From Eledone cirrhosa (Eukaryota), in contig OZ024740.1 of the NCBI GenBank assembly GCA_964016885.1, forward strand, positions 1 to 64,000: a stretch of DNA of 64,000 bases, read 5' to 3'. Under the pieces are notes generated by a model, which was not told the origin of the DNA, ran no database searches, and saw only the letters and a list, made by a program, of their open reading frames with translations. Shown here one piece after another: positions 1 through 11,829 of the stretch; within the stretch, counting starts at the first letter, position 1, and every line of letters begins with the position of its first letter. The translations under genes were made by a program, and so were the position numbers.

Positions 1-430
1 ATTTGACAGATGTCTTTAACCCAAGGATACCAAATATTATTTGGTCAGTAGTTCAAGTGTAAGTATATAAATATATATATATATACATATGCTTGTGTGT
101 CTGTGTCTATATATGTATGTTTGCATGCATGATTTAGTAGAATGTACAACCACTGATTCCAGCTATTTACACTTTCATATATTTTGGTTTCTAATAATTC
201 TCTGGGGAATTGGTTGACGAAATGCTTTGCTTAATTGTTTTATTTATTTATTTTTTGTTCTATTCTTTCTCTTAGATTTCAGGTATCTTTTGAAAGCAAA
301 GCATTGGCCTCTAAAATACTACAGTGGGCCCTGCAATGCTACTGTGGGCTCCTGCAATACTACTGTGGGCCCCACTTGCCATTGGGCAACCTGACCAGTC
401 CGCAACTGTATATATATATATATATATATA

Positions 431-3328
431 TGAGGAAGGCTCCAGAATCCTGAAATTCTGTGACGCAAATAACCTAACTATCTGTAACACTAACTTCAAA
501 AAACGAGACAATCACTTGATCACCTACAGATCAGGGGAACATACCAGCCAGGTAGATTATATCCTTACCAGAAGACGTGACCGAGTGTCTGTTGTAAACA
601 CTAAATCCCTCCCCCATGAAGAATGCACCTCCCAACATAGACTCATAATTAGCGACCTCATAGTCAGGACGAGACGTACTCGACAACAGAAGAGGACTAT
701 CCTCAGGAGAAAAATATGGAAGCTAAAGGACCCCACAGCCAGAAATAAATTTAAAAGCATATTACTTGATGCTTTCGACAGTAAGGAAGAGCATTTAGAG
801 TCGTACAATCTAGAGGAACAGTGGGAATTCCTGAAAGCAAACCTGCTGATGGCGGCAGACGAAGTCTGTGGCTGGAGCAGACCTATAGGCAGGAGGAGAG
901 TAACATGGTGGTGAAACAGTAAGGTGGAGGAGTCAATTAAGGCCAAAAAGCAGGCTTGGAAAGTATGGCGGATGGGGGAAGTAGAGAACACTATCAAGTG
1001 GCCAGGAGGGAAGTGTACTTCGCAAGAAGGGAAGCAGAGGAAAGAAAGTTCAAGCATGTTCTACAACACGAGGACCAAAAACGTAAGGTGTTCAGGATTG
1101 CTAGGCAGTGTCAAGGAAAACCGTGATATTGTCCGGGAGAAGTGTGTCCTTAATGATGATGGTGTACTTGCCATCACTGATGCTGATAAGAAGGTAGCTT
1201 GGAAGTGTCACTACGAAAGGCTACTAAATGAGGAAAATAAATGGGAGAAAGACAGTCTCCTCCCACATCGACCCAATAGAGGGACCAGCAGTGTTAGTCG
1301 AAGGTAGTATAATAAGTAAGGCAATCAAAGATATGAAGACGGGTAAGGCGGCTGGGCCTTCTGAAATAGTTGCTGAAATGCTGAAAGCTTCTGGAACGGT
1401 GGGACACACCATGGTCACCCGGATAGTAAACCAAGTTATACAGAATGGGGTTGTTCCGAAGGAATGGCGTAGCAGCATCATCATTAACTGCTACAAGGGT
1501 AAAGGAGATGCCCTAGATAGGAGTAACTATAGAGGCATTAAATTAATCGACCAGGTCATGAAGGTCACAGAAAAAGTAATAGCGCAACTAATCAGAGAGA
1601 GAATTGATCTAGATGAAATGCAGTTCGGGTTTGTGTCAAGCAAAAGTACCACAGACGCTCTTTTCATTGTACGACAACTACAGGAGAAGTACCTAGCTAA
1701 AAGTAAACCCCTATACTTAGCTTTTGTCGACTTGGAGAAAGCCTTCGACAGAGTCCCCGTTCCATTATCTGGTGGGCTCTTAGAAAACTAGGTGTTGATG
1801 AATGGCTTGTGAGAGCTATACAAGCCATGTATAAAGAAACAGTCAGCAAGGTTAGAATTAACAACGAATGTAGTGAAGAGTTTAGCGTAAAAGTTCGTGT
1901 TCATCAGGGCTCCGTCCTTAGCCCCCTACTATTTATTATTGCCCTTCAGGCTATAACAGTGGAGTTCAAGACCGGTTGCCCATGGGAACTCCTATACGCA
2001 GATAATCTAACGCTCATAGCTGAATCAATGGCCGAACTAGAGAAGAAATTCCAAACATGGAAGCATGGCCTAGAATCAAAAGGCCTTAAAATTAACCTGT
2101 CTAAGACTAAAGTTCTAGTTTCTAGGAAGGAAAATAGGGCACCGGTCCCATCCGGGAAATGGCCATACTCAGTGTGTAGGAAAGGAGTAGGTAGAAACTC
2201 CATTTTATGTCCCAAATGCAAAGTATGGGTGCATAAAAGATGTAGTGGGATCACAGGTAAGCTAACTAAGAACAGATTTTATATGTGGCCGGTGCTCTGG
2301 TGCAATAAGTAGCAGCAAGTGCACACAGAATACTAGCTCATTCCATTGCACAGATGGTTCTATAGAAATAGTGGACAGCTTCCGTTACCTGGGTGACAAA
2401 ATCAGCAGTGGGGGAGGGTGCTGTGAAAGTACAGTAGCTAGAGTCAGAACTGGATAGAAAACGTTCAGAGAGCTTATACCACTATTAGCCGCTAAAGAGT
2501 TCTCCCTAAAAATGAAGTCAGGTTGTATGATGCCTGCATACGAACAGCAATGTTACATGGGAGTGAGACCTGGGCATTGTGTGCAGAGGATATACGCAGA
2601 CTAGAGAGGAACGAAGCTTGCATGCTCCGCTGGATGTGTAATAGTAATATACGTGAACGGCAAAGCATAAACAAACTAAGGGGAAAATTAGAAATAAGAG
2701 AGATCAGATGTTGTTTACTCGAGAGAAGACTACGTTGGTACGGTCACGTGATGCGCATGAAAGACGACAGCTGTATAAAAAAGTGCAGGGCAATAAAAAT
2801 AGACGGTAGCCACGGAGTAGGCAGACCCAGAAAAACCTGGGACGACTTGATAAATTCCGACCTCACACACTTACACCTCTCCAAGACAATGTCACTGGAC
2901 CGAGATCTTTGGCGCTATACAGTAATAGAGAAGACCCGCCTTACCTAAGTACAAAGTGAAACCTACTACAGTCAGTAGGCACCTCTAACAAAATACACCC
3001 CCGTCCCACTACCCCCACCCCATCTACACCACGCCTTTCAATGTAAAGTTATGTTGGTACCACAACATCCAGCCCAAAACAAATGAGGTCGTGTAGGTGT
3101 CACGACAAAAAAAAACACACAGTCCAAGCTGTAATATGGCCGTGTAGGTAACACGGTAAAAACCTCCCAGTTCCACACTGTAAACGTGGTTGGTGTTAGG
3201 AAGAGCATCCAGCCGTAGAAAACCCGCCAGAAAGACAACCACTCTTGCCTCAAGTGGGAAAACTCCCATCCAAACCCATGCAAGCGTGGAATATGGACGT
3301 TAAACGATGATGATGATGATGATGATGA
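431..3328 (+). mobile_element. RTE-clade LINE, subfamily A, 5'-truncated and degenerate (APE endonuclease C-terminal part + RT, (GAT)n tail)
   Basis: ORF pieces 324-914, 1228-1791, 1809-2312 and 2523-2948 are collinear with the 59777-62440 RTE protein (QVDYIL, NYRGIKL, FVDLEKAFDRVP, HQGSVLSP, LLYADN). There are stops and frameshifts, the copy ends in GATGATGAT at ~3306-3328, and (TA)n flanks both sides. Confidence 0.93.
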
Positions 3329-3364
3329 TATATATATATATATATATATATATAGGAAAAAAGT

Positions 3365-3451
3365 ATGACCCCGACGCCAGAGCTCAAGCCGTTTCGACGG
3401 CTATTCCAGAAATAGCCGTTTCGACGGCTTGATTACTGCCGTCGGGGTCAT
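3365..3451. repeat. Nested inverted repeat with two AGCCGT-TTCG-ACGGCT hairpins
   Basis: Outer stem TATGACCCCGACG/CGTCGGGGTCATA encloses two direct copies of agccgtTTCGacggct. Confidence 0.8.
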
Positions 3452-3560
3452 ATCTGTTTCCTATTACCCACTCTACTACCCTAAGTATTGAGTACTCTGG
3501 TGCGTTATGGTCCATCTGGTTCCTTACCACATTTCCTTTGTTTTATATATATATATATAT

Positions 3561-3890
3561 GGAAAAAATGAAATTTCATTTCTCACTCTTCGTACGGCTG
3601 ATACTTAAATATAAGTATGTATACGTACATACATATATGTATACAGACGTACAGTAATATGTATATATATACATACATGCACACATATATATATGTATGT
3701 ATGGGTTTACCGAACATTTATTATAATGTTCGGTTTGTTTGTAAACAAACAGCCCGAATTAAGCCGTACAGTGTTCGGCAACCATCGTTGCCCTTTTGTT
3801 CAACACTGACAAAGGAACGATGAACTAGTTTCCAGCTTATTAGCTGTCATCAGCACCGTATTCCTTCCTGTCAAACGTTCAATCAACAAC
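3561..3890 (-). mobile_element. Small non-coding hammerhead-bearing element (family H1)
   Basis: Homologous to 34245-34592 and 34653-34950. It contains the hammerhead at 3817-3859 and starts at a (TA)n tract. Confidence 0.75.
3817..3859 (-). ncRNA. Type I hammerhead ribozyme
   Basis: Minus strand reads ACGGTG-CTGATGA-CAGC taataa GCTG-GAAA-CTAG-TT-CATCGT: intact core, paired stems I and II, minimal palindromic stem III. Confidence 0.85.
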
Positions 3891-4084
3891 AGCTGCCACA
3901 TTTGATATTGTAGCCCAAGATATGTAATGTCAGGCAGAAGGATAAAGAACGTGTTTCATCATAAGTCTGTTCAACCTGAGCCAAACTGGGACTGAAAAGA
4001 AAAACATCGTCCCTAGATGGATCGAAAATAAAGTTTACTCTGGTGAGATGTGAACTCAAGATACACTATAAAATATTAAATCTA

Positions 4085-4377
4085 GCATTTTCTTCTTCTT
4101 TTTTGCCCACTTATTCCTGAGAAGGTCGTGGGAGAAGAGTCCTCAAACACTCCTTCCAGTGGGTCCTGTCTGGATCTCCAACTGATCCGGTTGGATCCCC
4201 AAGCGAGACCAGCCAAATTCATGGATGATATCCAACCATCTTGCTCGGGTCTACTCCTGGGTCCCCTGCCAGGTAGTTTTGCTCGTAAAATCTGTCCAGC
4301 GATTCTTTCCTGAGACATTCTAACCACATGCCCATAGTCCCATAGCATCAGAGCTGTGATCTCACAATTTGGAGATG
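4085..4377 (-). mobile_element. Old LINE 3' fragment (RTE-like), interrupted by a Gypsy insertion
   Basis: Translation LWDYGHVVRMSQERIAGQILRAKLPGRGPRSRP resembles the 'LRWYGHVMRM...GRPR' RTE C-terminus. Confidence 0.6.
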
Positions 4378-4922
4378 TGTACAGCCACCGGAAATAACAT
4401 CTGTTAAATATACAGCGCCATCTACCTGTTAGCTAGCTACTTCAACGTGAAACAAAAGAACCCTTAAAACCTACCAGAATAAACGCCTACACATCAAACG
4501 ATTGTTTCTGTATAAATAGAGTGGTTCCAAACACTTCGCTAGTCGACTTTTGGCAGAGTCAGCTAGCGCATCGTTGTTCCTCGCCTCTGCCACGCTTTGT
4601 CACTCACACGCCTTGTACCTCGTATCGTCGCTTCATGTGAAAATAAATAGCTGATCGAATTTACATCTCGCCTTGCTTCGTCCTTTCAACTTGTGCTTTC
4701 GTCTGTCCATCCTCAACAGTTCTTTTAAGGGCTATATGCGACAACAGTCCTTTTAAGGCCTATCTTCAGATCTGATCAGACCGTATGCGATAAAAGTCCT
4801 TCTAAGGGCTAATCTCGGATCTGATCAGAAGTAGTGACTAGACTGACTAACCACGTCGCCACAGTTGGTGACCCGAACGTGAGTCGAACGCGCAACCAGA
4901 CAGCACCTAAGAAAATATCAAC

Positions 4923-5333
4923 ATGGACATGTCACAAACGACAGAAGCCGAGATTTCAGAGCTGCGGGCTATGATCAGAGAGCGGGCTGGTCAAATTAAA
5001 GCCCTCTCGAATCAAGTAGAGAACTTGACCTTTCAAACACACCGGCGACGCAGCAACAGTCGATCCAGACCTTTTCACAGTCGAAGATCCAGTAGTCCCA
5101 GTCAAAATCGTGTGCCTGGCAACCTCTGCTGGTATCACACAAATTACGGCACACAGGCATCTAAGTGCAAAGCCCCGTGCTCTTTCCGGAACGCCACCCA
5201 GGGCCTGGCGACGACGTTCACCCCTGGTACTGAAAAGAAAAGTCGTCTATTTTTTTTATTAACGACCAGGCGACGGGCATCCGTTACCTCGCGGATACAG
5301 GAGCCCAGGTTAGTGTTATTCCTGTTTCACTAA
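4923..5333 (+). pseudogene. Gypsy 1 gag remnant (C-terminal part only) running into a frameshifted protease
   Basis: The ORF has the RS-rich stretch and CWYH..YG..A.KC..PC motif of gag. The protease motif ([13 protein letters not shown]) is in another frame near 5285-5325. Confidence 0.75.
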
Positions 5334-5374
5334 TCTCGGGAAAAAGACATCCAGCCCTGTCCTTTCTGCAGGCA

Positions 5375-8314
5375 GTGAATCGATCGTCAATTCCCACTTT
5401 CGGGGAAAAATCCCTGACCCTCAATTTAGGCCTGAGGCGGCGTTTTCAATGGGTGTTCGTCGAGGCAGACCTGCCGACCCCTATCCTAGGAGCCGATTTT
5501 CTCCACCACTTCAACCTTCTGGTGGATATGAAGAACCGGAGGCTTATCGACACCACCACAAACCTCACTGTGAGAGGTATATTTACCACGCAATCCACAG
5601 TGAGCCCTGTAATTTGCCAGTCAGAGCCTTCGCGGTACAACGGCATTCTCCAGAAATACCCAGACATCACTCGCCCGGTATTTAAGGATGGTTCCATTAA
5701 GCATAGTGTCACGCACCACATCAAGACAAGGGGATCACCCACAGCTGCCCGACCAAGGAGACTACCTCCAGACCGATTGAGAATCGCCAAGCATGAGTTC
5801 CAACACATGCTGGACCTCGGAATCATTCGCCCTTCCTCCAGCAACTGGTCTGCACCCCTACACCTTGTTCCTAAAAAAAACGAGAATGATTGGCGACCAT
5901 GTGGGGATTATCGTGCACTTAACAATTCTACAGTGCCCGATAATTACCCTGTACCTCACCTGCACGATTTTTCTGCCTCTCTGCAAGCCGCACGCATCTT
6001 TTCCAAGGTAGATTTGGTGCGTGCATATAACCAGATACCTATGGAGCCTGCAGACATTCCGAAGACCGCAATCACAACACCGTTCGGTTTATTCGAATTC
6101 CTGCGAATGCCGTTCGGTCTGCGCAACGCTGCACAAACTTTTCAGCGGTTTATTGACACCGTGTTACGCGATCTACCCTTCGTATACGCGTATATTGACG
6201 ACGTGCTGGTAGCAAGTACTTCCGAGCATGAACACGAGAAGCACTTAGATCTCCTTTTCCGACGTTTGGCTGAGTACGGTATCATCATCAACCCCAGCAA
6301 GTGCCTTCTCAGCGTTCCTTCACTGTCTTTTCTCGGGCACATCATCGATAAAGACGGCATTCGTCCACTCCCCGAGAAAGTAGAGGTTATCCGCAGTTTT
6401 CCCGCGCCTACATCACTTCGGAAACTGCGTGAATTCCTCGGTCTGGTGAATTTTTATAGGCGTTTTATCCCTCATTGTTCCGACGCAGCCAGACTCCTCA
6501 CGGACCTTCTTCGTAACCGGACTCGCAAAAACGAAGAGATCACCCTGAACGAGGAAGAATTAACATCTTTTAACCGCCTGAAGGAAATGTTGGCAAACGC
6601 TTTCATGCTCGTTTTCCCCAGGTCTGGCGCTCCTCTTTCGCTGCTAGTGGACGCACCAGACACGGGGGTTGGAGGCGTTCTACAACATGTCGACGGCGTG
6701 TGGCAACCCTTATCGTTCTTTTCTAAGCGGTTGCAACCGGCAGAAACGAAATACAGTACCTTTGGCCGCGAACTCTTGGCAACCTATCTTTCGGTTAAGC
6801 ATTTTCGGCACATGCTCGAAGGATCAGATTTCGTGATCTACACGGACCATAAACCATTAATTTATGCGTTCCGTACCAAACCTGATCGACATTCACCGAG
6901 AGAACTCCGACACCTGGATTTTGTCTCCCAATATTCAACTGATATTCGGCATATCAAGGGATCAGACAACGTAGTAGCCGACGCCCTGTCCCGAATCCAG
7001 CTGAACGCAATACATGTGCATTCAGGCATCGACCTTCAACAGATCGCAGCTGACCAAGAGACTGACGAAGAGTTTATCAAGCTCCGAGATTCGCCATGCC
7101 TCAAGTTTCAGCAAGTTCCCATTCCTTCTTCTCCGGAACAAATTTGGTGCGACCTTTCTACCGGCCATGAACGACCGTACGTACCACAGATGCATCGTCG
7201 ACAAGTTTTTTCTGCTTTACACTGCTTGTCTCACCCGGGAATCCGGGCTACACAGAAACTCATCTCTGCTCGTTTTGTGTGGACTAACATTAACAAGGAC
7301 GTGCGGGACTGGTCCAGGAGCTGCATTGCCTGCCAGAAAGCCAAAGTCCACAGACACATCAAAACTCTACTCGGCACATTCGCGCAACCTGATGCACGTT
7401 TTCATCATGTGCATATCGACATCGTCGGACCTCTATCACCATCACAGAACTACACACACTTGCTCACCTGCATCGATCGATTTTCTCGTTGGCCTGAGGC
7501 TTTTCCCATAAATGATACCTCAGCGGAAACAGTCGCTAAAACTTTGGTTTTACACTGGGTATCACGTTATGGCGCCCCAGCGAAGATAACAACGGACAGA
7601 GGACGCCAATTTGACTCCCACCTCTTCAGGGAACTGACTCGCCTGTTAGGATGTAAACACATCCGCACGACAGCTTATCACCCGCAAGCTAATGGTCTCG
7701 TGGAAAGATTCCATCGTCAATTGAAAGCTGCAATAAAAGCATATCCAGACAAGACCCACTGGTTTGAATACCTACCACTCATCCTTTTGGGCATTCGATC
7801 CACCGTTAAGGAGGAATTCGGATACACACCTGCAGAATTAGTGTACGGCACCACCCTGGTTCTACCTGGTCAGATGGTTGCTCCCATCTCTCCTCAGGAT
7901 GTTCCAGACCCAGGATCATACGTACACCGTCTTCGACAATATATGTCTCACCTTGCTCCTGCAAGCACCCGTCAACAGAACACGGCCACACACGTACCTT
8001 CAGACATTAAAGATTTGACACACATTTTCGTTCGAAACGACACCATCTCAGCTCATCTTCGACCTCCATATTCTGGCCCGTATCGTGTTCTAAAAAAATA
8101 TCCGAAATATTTTATTCTCGATCTAGATGGTAAACAGAATTCTGTCAGCGTGGACAGATTAAAAAAGGCCATCATGGATACTGTTACAGTCTCTACACCA
8201 GAAACTCCAACAGATGGCTGTCCCAGCGAGCCACCTGTTTTATCTCCAGTCACGAGAAGCGGACGACGCGTCCATTGGCCCGCAAAGTTGGCACAATATG
8301 TGAATTACCGTTAA
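5375..8314 (+). CDS. pol: Gypsy 1 pol (protease C-terminal part, RT, RNase H, integrase)
   Basis: 979-aa ORF with [33 protein letters not shown] zinc finger and the integrase core (HIDIVGP, TDRG, VERFH). Confidence 0.95.
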   Translation: MNRSSIPTFGEKSLTLNLGLRRRFQWVFVEADLPTPILGADFLHHFNLLVDMKNRRLIDTTTNLTVRGIFTTQSTVSPVICQSEPSRYNGILQKYPDITRPVFKDGSIKHSVTHHIKTRGSPTAARPRRLPPDRLRIAKHEFQHMLDLGIIRPSSSNWSAPLHLVPKKNENDWRPCGDYRALNNSTVPDNYPVPHLHDFSASLQAARIFSKVDLVRAYNQIPMEPADIPKTAITTPFGLFEFLRMPFGLRNAAQTFQRFIDTVLRDLPFVYAYIDDVLVASTSEHEHEKHLDLLFRRLAEYGIIINPSKCLLSVPSLSFLGHIIDKDGIRPLPEKVEVIRSFPAPTSLRKLREFLGLVNFYRRFIPHCSDAARLLTDLLRNRTRKNEEITLNEEELTSFNRLKEMLANAFMLVFPRSGAPLSLLVDAPDTGVGGVLQHVDGVWQPLSFFSKRLQPAETKYSTFGRELLATYLSVKHFRHMLEGSDFVIYTDHKPLIYAFRTKPDRHSPRELRHLDFVSQYSTDIRHIKGSDNVVADALSRIQLNAIHVHSGIDLQQIAADQETDEEFIKLRDSPCLKFQQVPIPSSPEQIWCDLSTGHERPYVPQMHRRQVFSALHCLSHPGIRATQKLISARFVWTNINKDVRDWSRSCIACQKAKVHRHIKTLLGTFAQPDARFHHVHIDIVGPLSPSQNYTHLLTCIDRFSRWPEAFPINDTSAETVAKTLVLHWVSRYGAPAKITTDRGRQFDSHLFRELTRLLGCKHIRTTAYHPQANGLVERFHRQLKAAIKAYPDKTHWFEYLPLILLGIRSTVKEEFGYTPAELVYGTTLVLPGQMVAPISPQDVPDPGSYVHRLRQYMSHLAPASTRQQNTATHVPSDIKDLTHIFVRNDTISAHLRPPYSGPYRVLKKYPKYFILDLDGKQNSVSVDRLKKAIMDTVTVSTPETPTDGCPSEPPVLSPVTRSGRRVHWPAKLAQYVNYR

Positions 8315-8491
8315 CCTCAAGTGAGTTTCTTAATCAGTCTTCGTGCAAAACATTTCCATTTTTCTTGTGTTTACTATTTCCAGTTTCAAATACAATGAAC
8401 TTTCTGCTTGAACAATTGCAATTTTTAGTGACCATGTGCTCATGTCACGAAGAACATTATTTATAATGAACATTATTTATTACAAACAATA

Positions 8492-8677
8492 CGGTGGATT
8501 GGCAGTATCGGTAGAGAGTCGGACGCCATGCTTTCCAGCATAGTTACGTCCCTTTACGATCTGAGTTCAAATCCCGCCGAGGTTGACTTTGCCTTTCATC
8601 CTTACGGGGTCGATAAAATAAAGTACCAGTAATGCACTGGGTAATTCTGGCCTTGTGCCTAAAGTAGAAACAATTAT
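8492..8677 (+). mobile_element. tRNA-derived SINE with Meta-type core, inserted in the Gypsy 1 3' UTR
   Basis: A-box TGGCAGTATCGG, B-box GAGTTCAAATCC and core GCCTTTCATCCTTACGGGGTCGATAAAATAAAGTACCAG. Flanked by a TTATTACAAAC direct repeat. Confidence 0.85.
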
Positions 8678-10395
8678 TTATTACAAACTCTATTTAAGAA
8701 CAAACATTGTGTATAACATTTATTTTTCTTCACTCTCTTGTTTTGCAAAATTTTATATTTTTCTTGTTCTGTAACATTGATTGTGTAATTGCCATAATTT
8801 TATATACTTACAAGGCGTGTACATATCCTGTTTTTCATGCATACTACAAAACCACGTTTGTTTCACCTTTTAGTTCATACTCTGAGCAATAGATATTTGT
8901 GTCCTTCTAACTCTTACACTACAAAATGTTTTCTCTTTGATCACGCATTTCACAAATCGCAGCCTCAAAGCGCTGGCCTTCTTTTTTCACGTACACATTC
9001 ACTCAATAGCTCGAGAATGCCTCGCTATTTTTTTTTACCACATGCATTTGCTCAAGTCATATGCTGCGGAGCAAACTGTTACTTTTAGGCAGCATGCTTA
9101 CGGCCATTCAGTTCACAATTACGGTTATCTTCACTGCCCAGTTAGACTCTTTGTCACGCAATTCACAGGCAGCTCAACCCAAATTGCAACAGGCTCATTC
9201 ATCACGCCTGCATAAATCTGGGCAAAGTCATTTTATAGTTTATTTCTTTTTTCTCTTCCTGACACACACATCTTGCCATATCATCTCTACATCGACTCTG
9301 TCCTGTACTCGATGATCACAAAATTTCACAACGCGCTGGACACTCCTGTGGCTATTGTCATGACAAATGCACCACTGGCCCATTACTATTCGATATTTCG
9401 CTCTTTTGTTGTACAAAAGATCTGGCAGGGGCCTAATGTACAGCCACCGGAAATAACATCTGTTAAATATACAGCGCCATCTACCTGTTAGCTAGCTACT
9501 TCAACGTGAAACAAAAGAACCCTTAAAACCTACCAGAATAAACGCCTACACATCAAACGATTGTTTCTGTATAAATAGAGTGGTTCCAAACACTTCGCTA
9601 GTCGACTTTTGGCAGAGTCAGCTAGCGCATCGTTGTTCCTCGCCTCTGCCACGCTTTGTCACTCACACGCCTTGTACCTCGTATCGTCGCTTCATGTGAA
9701 AATAAATAGCTGATCGAATTTACATCTCGCCTTGCTTCGTCCTTTCAACTTGAGCTTTCGTCTGTCCATCCTCAACAGTTCTTTTAAGGGCTATATGCGA
9801 CAACAGTCCTTTTAAGGCCTATCTTCAGATCTGATCAGACCGTATGCGATAAAAGTCCTTCTAAGGGCTAATCTCGGATCTGATCAGAAGTAGTGACTAG
9901 ACTGACTAACCACGTCGCTACAGATGTATCTCATTTCATTTTATTTATGTTTTGTAATATTGGTTTCTTTCGACATAGCCCTTTGCTACGTTTTGTACAA
10001 TTAGGCTTTAAAGTTTGTTGAAATAATCATATTATGTTATTCATAAAAATAATGATCATCATCGTAGACATTTCCATGCTAGCATGGGTTGGACGTTACT
10101 TTTACAGATGGATATACCTTTTTAATCGCTTCTGACGACACGGTGTGATTATTCTAAACCGTATATACAGTAAATGAAACAGATCGATAGACAGACAAGT
10201 AAGTTAGCTTCAACATATTTAATAAGTAGATTTAGCTGCTATTTCCGACAGGTCGAATAATTACGGGGTAGCTCCCTCGGTATTTCTTGTATGACGTTAA
10301 TCTCAACCTATGTACCGTTTGTACTAAAATAAAGTATAAGTGCGGAATAAAGTATAAGTGGATAATATCTCGCTCGACACCGTATAGAAAACAGC

Positions 10396-10521
10396 ATGGT
10401 GGATGCCACTACCAAATATATTAGTGCTGGTTGTAATAGCACGCCTCATGTAGCAGACTGGGGCAAGAATGGTTTAATTTGCTTTGGATCCTGTAATTGT
10501 GTAGCCGTTTACCAGCCTCAG
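10396..10521 (+). CDS. ELP2: Elongator complex protein 2-like, coding exon 1
   Basis: MVDATTKYISAGCNSTPHVADWGKNGLICFGSCNCVAVYQPQ matches the ELP2 N-terminus as I recall it (CN...W....L.FG....V..Y.P). Donor CAG/GTTAAT at 10521/10522, phase 0. Confidence 0.85.
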
Positions 10522-10899
10522 GTTAATATATATTTATTTACATTGTTAATACATTTTTATTCCTTGATTATGATTTCGTAATTATGCTAGTTACTGCTTC
10601 GATTTCGTCATTCTAGATTTATGATATACACATATCACTCCCCATATATCTCCGTATGTAGTGGACGGCCGACAGTAAACAGTACTCAATATCGAAGTAG
10701 AGTTTAAATATTCATTTTATTAAGGCTAAATACTGAGTCTTGTTACCCTAGAGTTTCGCCTGCGTCGCACAGTGAGAAGCAGGTGAAAATCCAGAGTAAC
10801 AAGACTCACTATGAATGAAACAGTTCTAGTTATGTAGAAGCCTTTTCTCTCTCTCTCTCTCATGTGTGTGTGTGTGTGCAGCATGGCCGAATTGTCAAA

Positions 10900-11145
10900 C
10901 ATTTCGTTTCGCAATTATAACGTCCCGTGTCGAGGCATCTTGGGCAAGTGTCATTTACCATAGACTAGGACAAACCAAAGCCATGTAAGTAAAACTGGAC
11001 AGACGGAAACTGTTCGGAAGCCTGTCAGCTTGACTTTACCGGAAATTGAAATCAGCCGTGTCATACATTGTGTCAGTTTAATCTACTGGTTTGACGTTCA
11101 GTTGAGCGAACAACTGAATGCTCATCGTCAAAACCGACGGAATAT
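10900..11145 (+). mobile_element. Degenerate CORE-type SINE fragment
   Basis: CATCTTGGGCAAGTGTCATTTACCATAG core-like motif, related to the CCTTGAGCAAGACACTT core of the SINE at 19178-19487. Confidence 0.45.
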
Positions 11146-11640
11146 CTATCATTATATATATATATATAATACTTTAGGAGGGTCATGCTGCTAATAATAA
11201 AAAAAACACGCACCTGTTGGCTTTCAGTTTAATATTAAAATGACTGGGAAATTATAATAATAAATTGAAGTGAAACTCGAATTGGTTTTTATTAGCAGCA
11301 TGACCCTCCCAAAGTATAACAATATCTGTTTCAACACACGTTTTCAGATAAAAATCTTGTAAAACAAATACAAAAATGAAGTATATATATATATATATAT
11401 TGGCTCTGGATTTTGAAGGTTGTGACCATCGTCACACAGCTTACCCCAGGAAGAAGTAACAAATAATGTCACCGTTTCTCATTTATTAGCGGTTAAATGA
11501 TAAAGCGGGGAAATAATTAGTCTTCAAGACTAATTATTTCCCCGCTTTTGTTGAGGTTAAAATAAGCTAGAATCTTATAGATTTCTGCTTATGGTTATAA
11601 GTTGAAACTCATTTACATACGGAGCAGAAGCGGCTCAGAG

Positions 11641-11829
11641 TTAACCCTTTAGCACTTAAATTACTCTATATATACTATTATATTATCTCACATAATATTG
11701 AATCTATGAGATTTTGATATTATTTATTTTGAGAACAATACCTTAACATAAGTATGAACAGCCAGTTTGAACAGAAAGAGGTGAGAGAATTCTGGCCAGA
11801 TATGGCCGGTTTAAATGCTAAAGGGTCAA
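11641..11829. mobile_element. MITE with piggyBac-like ends
   Basis: TTAA-CCCTTTAGCACTTAAA ... TTTAAATGCTAAAGGG-TCAA terminal inverted repeats, no ORF. Confidence 0.65.

Larger units (their letters stand above)
4378..9922 (+). mobile_element. Ty3/Gypsy LTR retrotransposon 1 (486-bp LTRs at 4378-4863 and 9437-9922)
   Basis: TG...CA LTRs with ~2 differences seen, 4-bp TSD GATG (4374-4377 / 9923-9926), tRNA-Trp-type PBS TGGTGACCCGAACGTGA after the 5' LTR, and pol order PR-RT-RH-IN. Confidence 0.97.

Noticed and set aside
316-376. Three ~21-bp repeats (CTACTGTGGGC..CTGCAAT) and ORF 235-453
   Set aside because: Short minisatellite with no supporting coding or structural signal.
8499-8580. tRNA genes suggested by A/B boxes (also 19178-19250, 20620 and 21171)
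   Set aside because: No complete cloverleaf, and each is followed by a SINE core and tail.
10130-10180. CTGACGA hammerhead-like half core
   Set aside because: No correctly placed GAAA or stem I partner.
10396-10581. 61-aa single-exon ORF
   Set aside because: Similarity to ELP2 stops at the GT donor at 10522; the rest is intron read-through.
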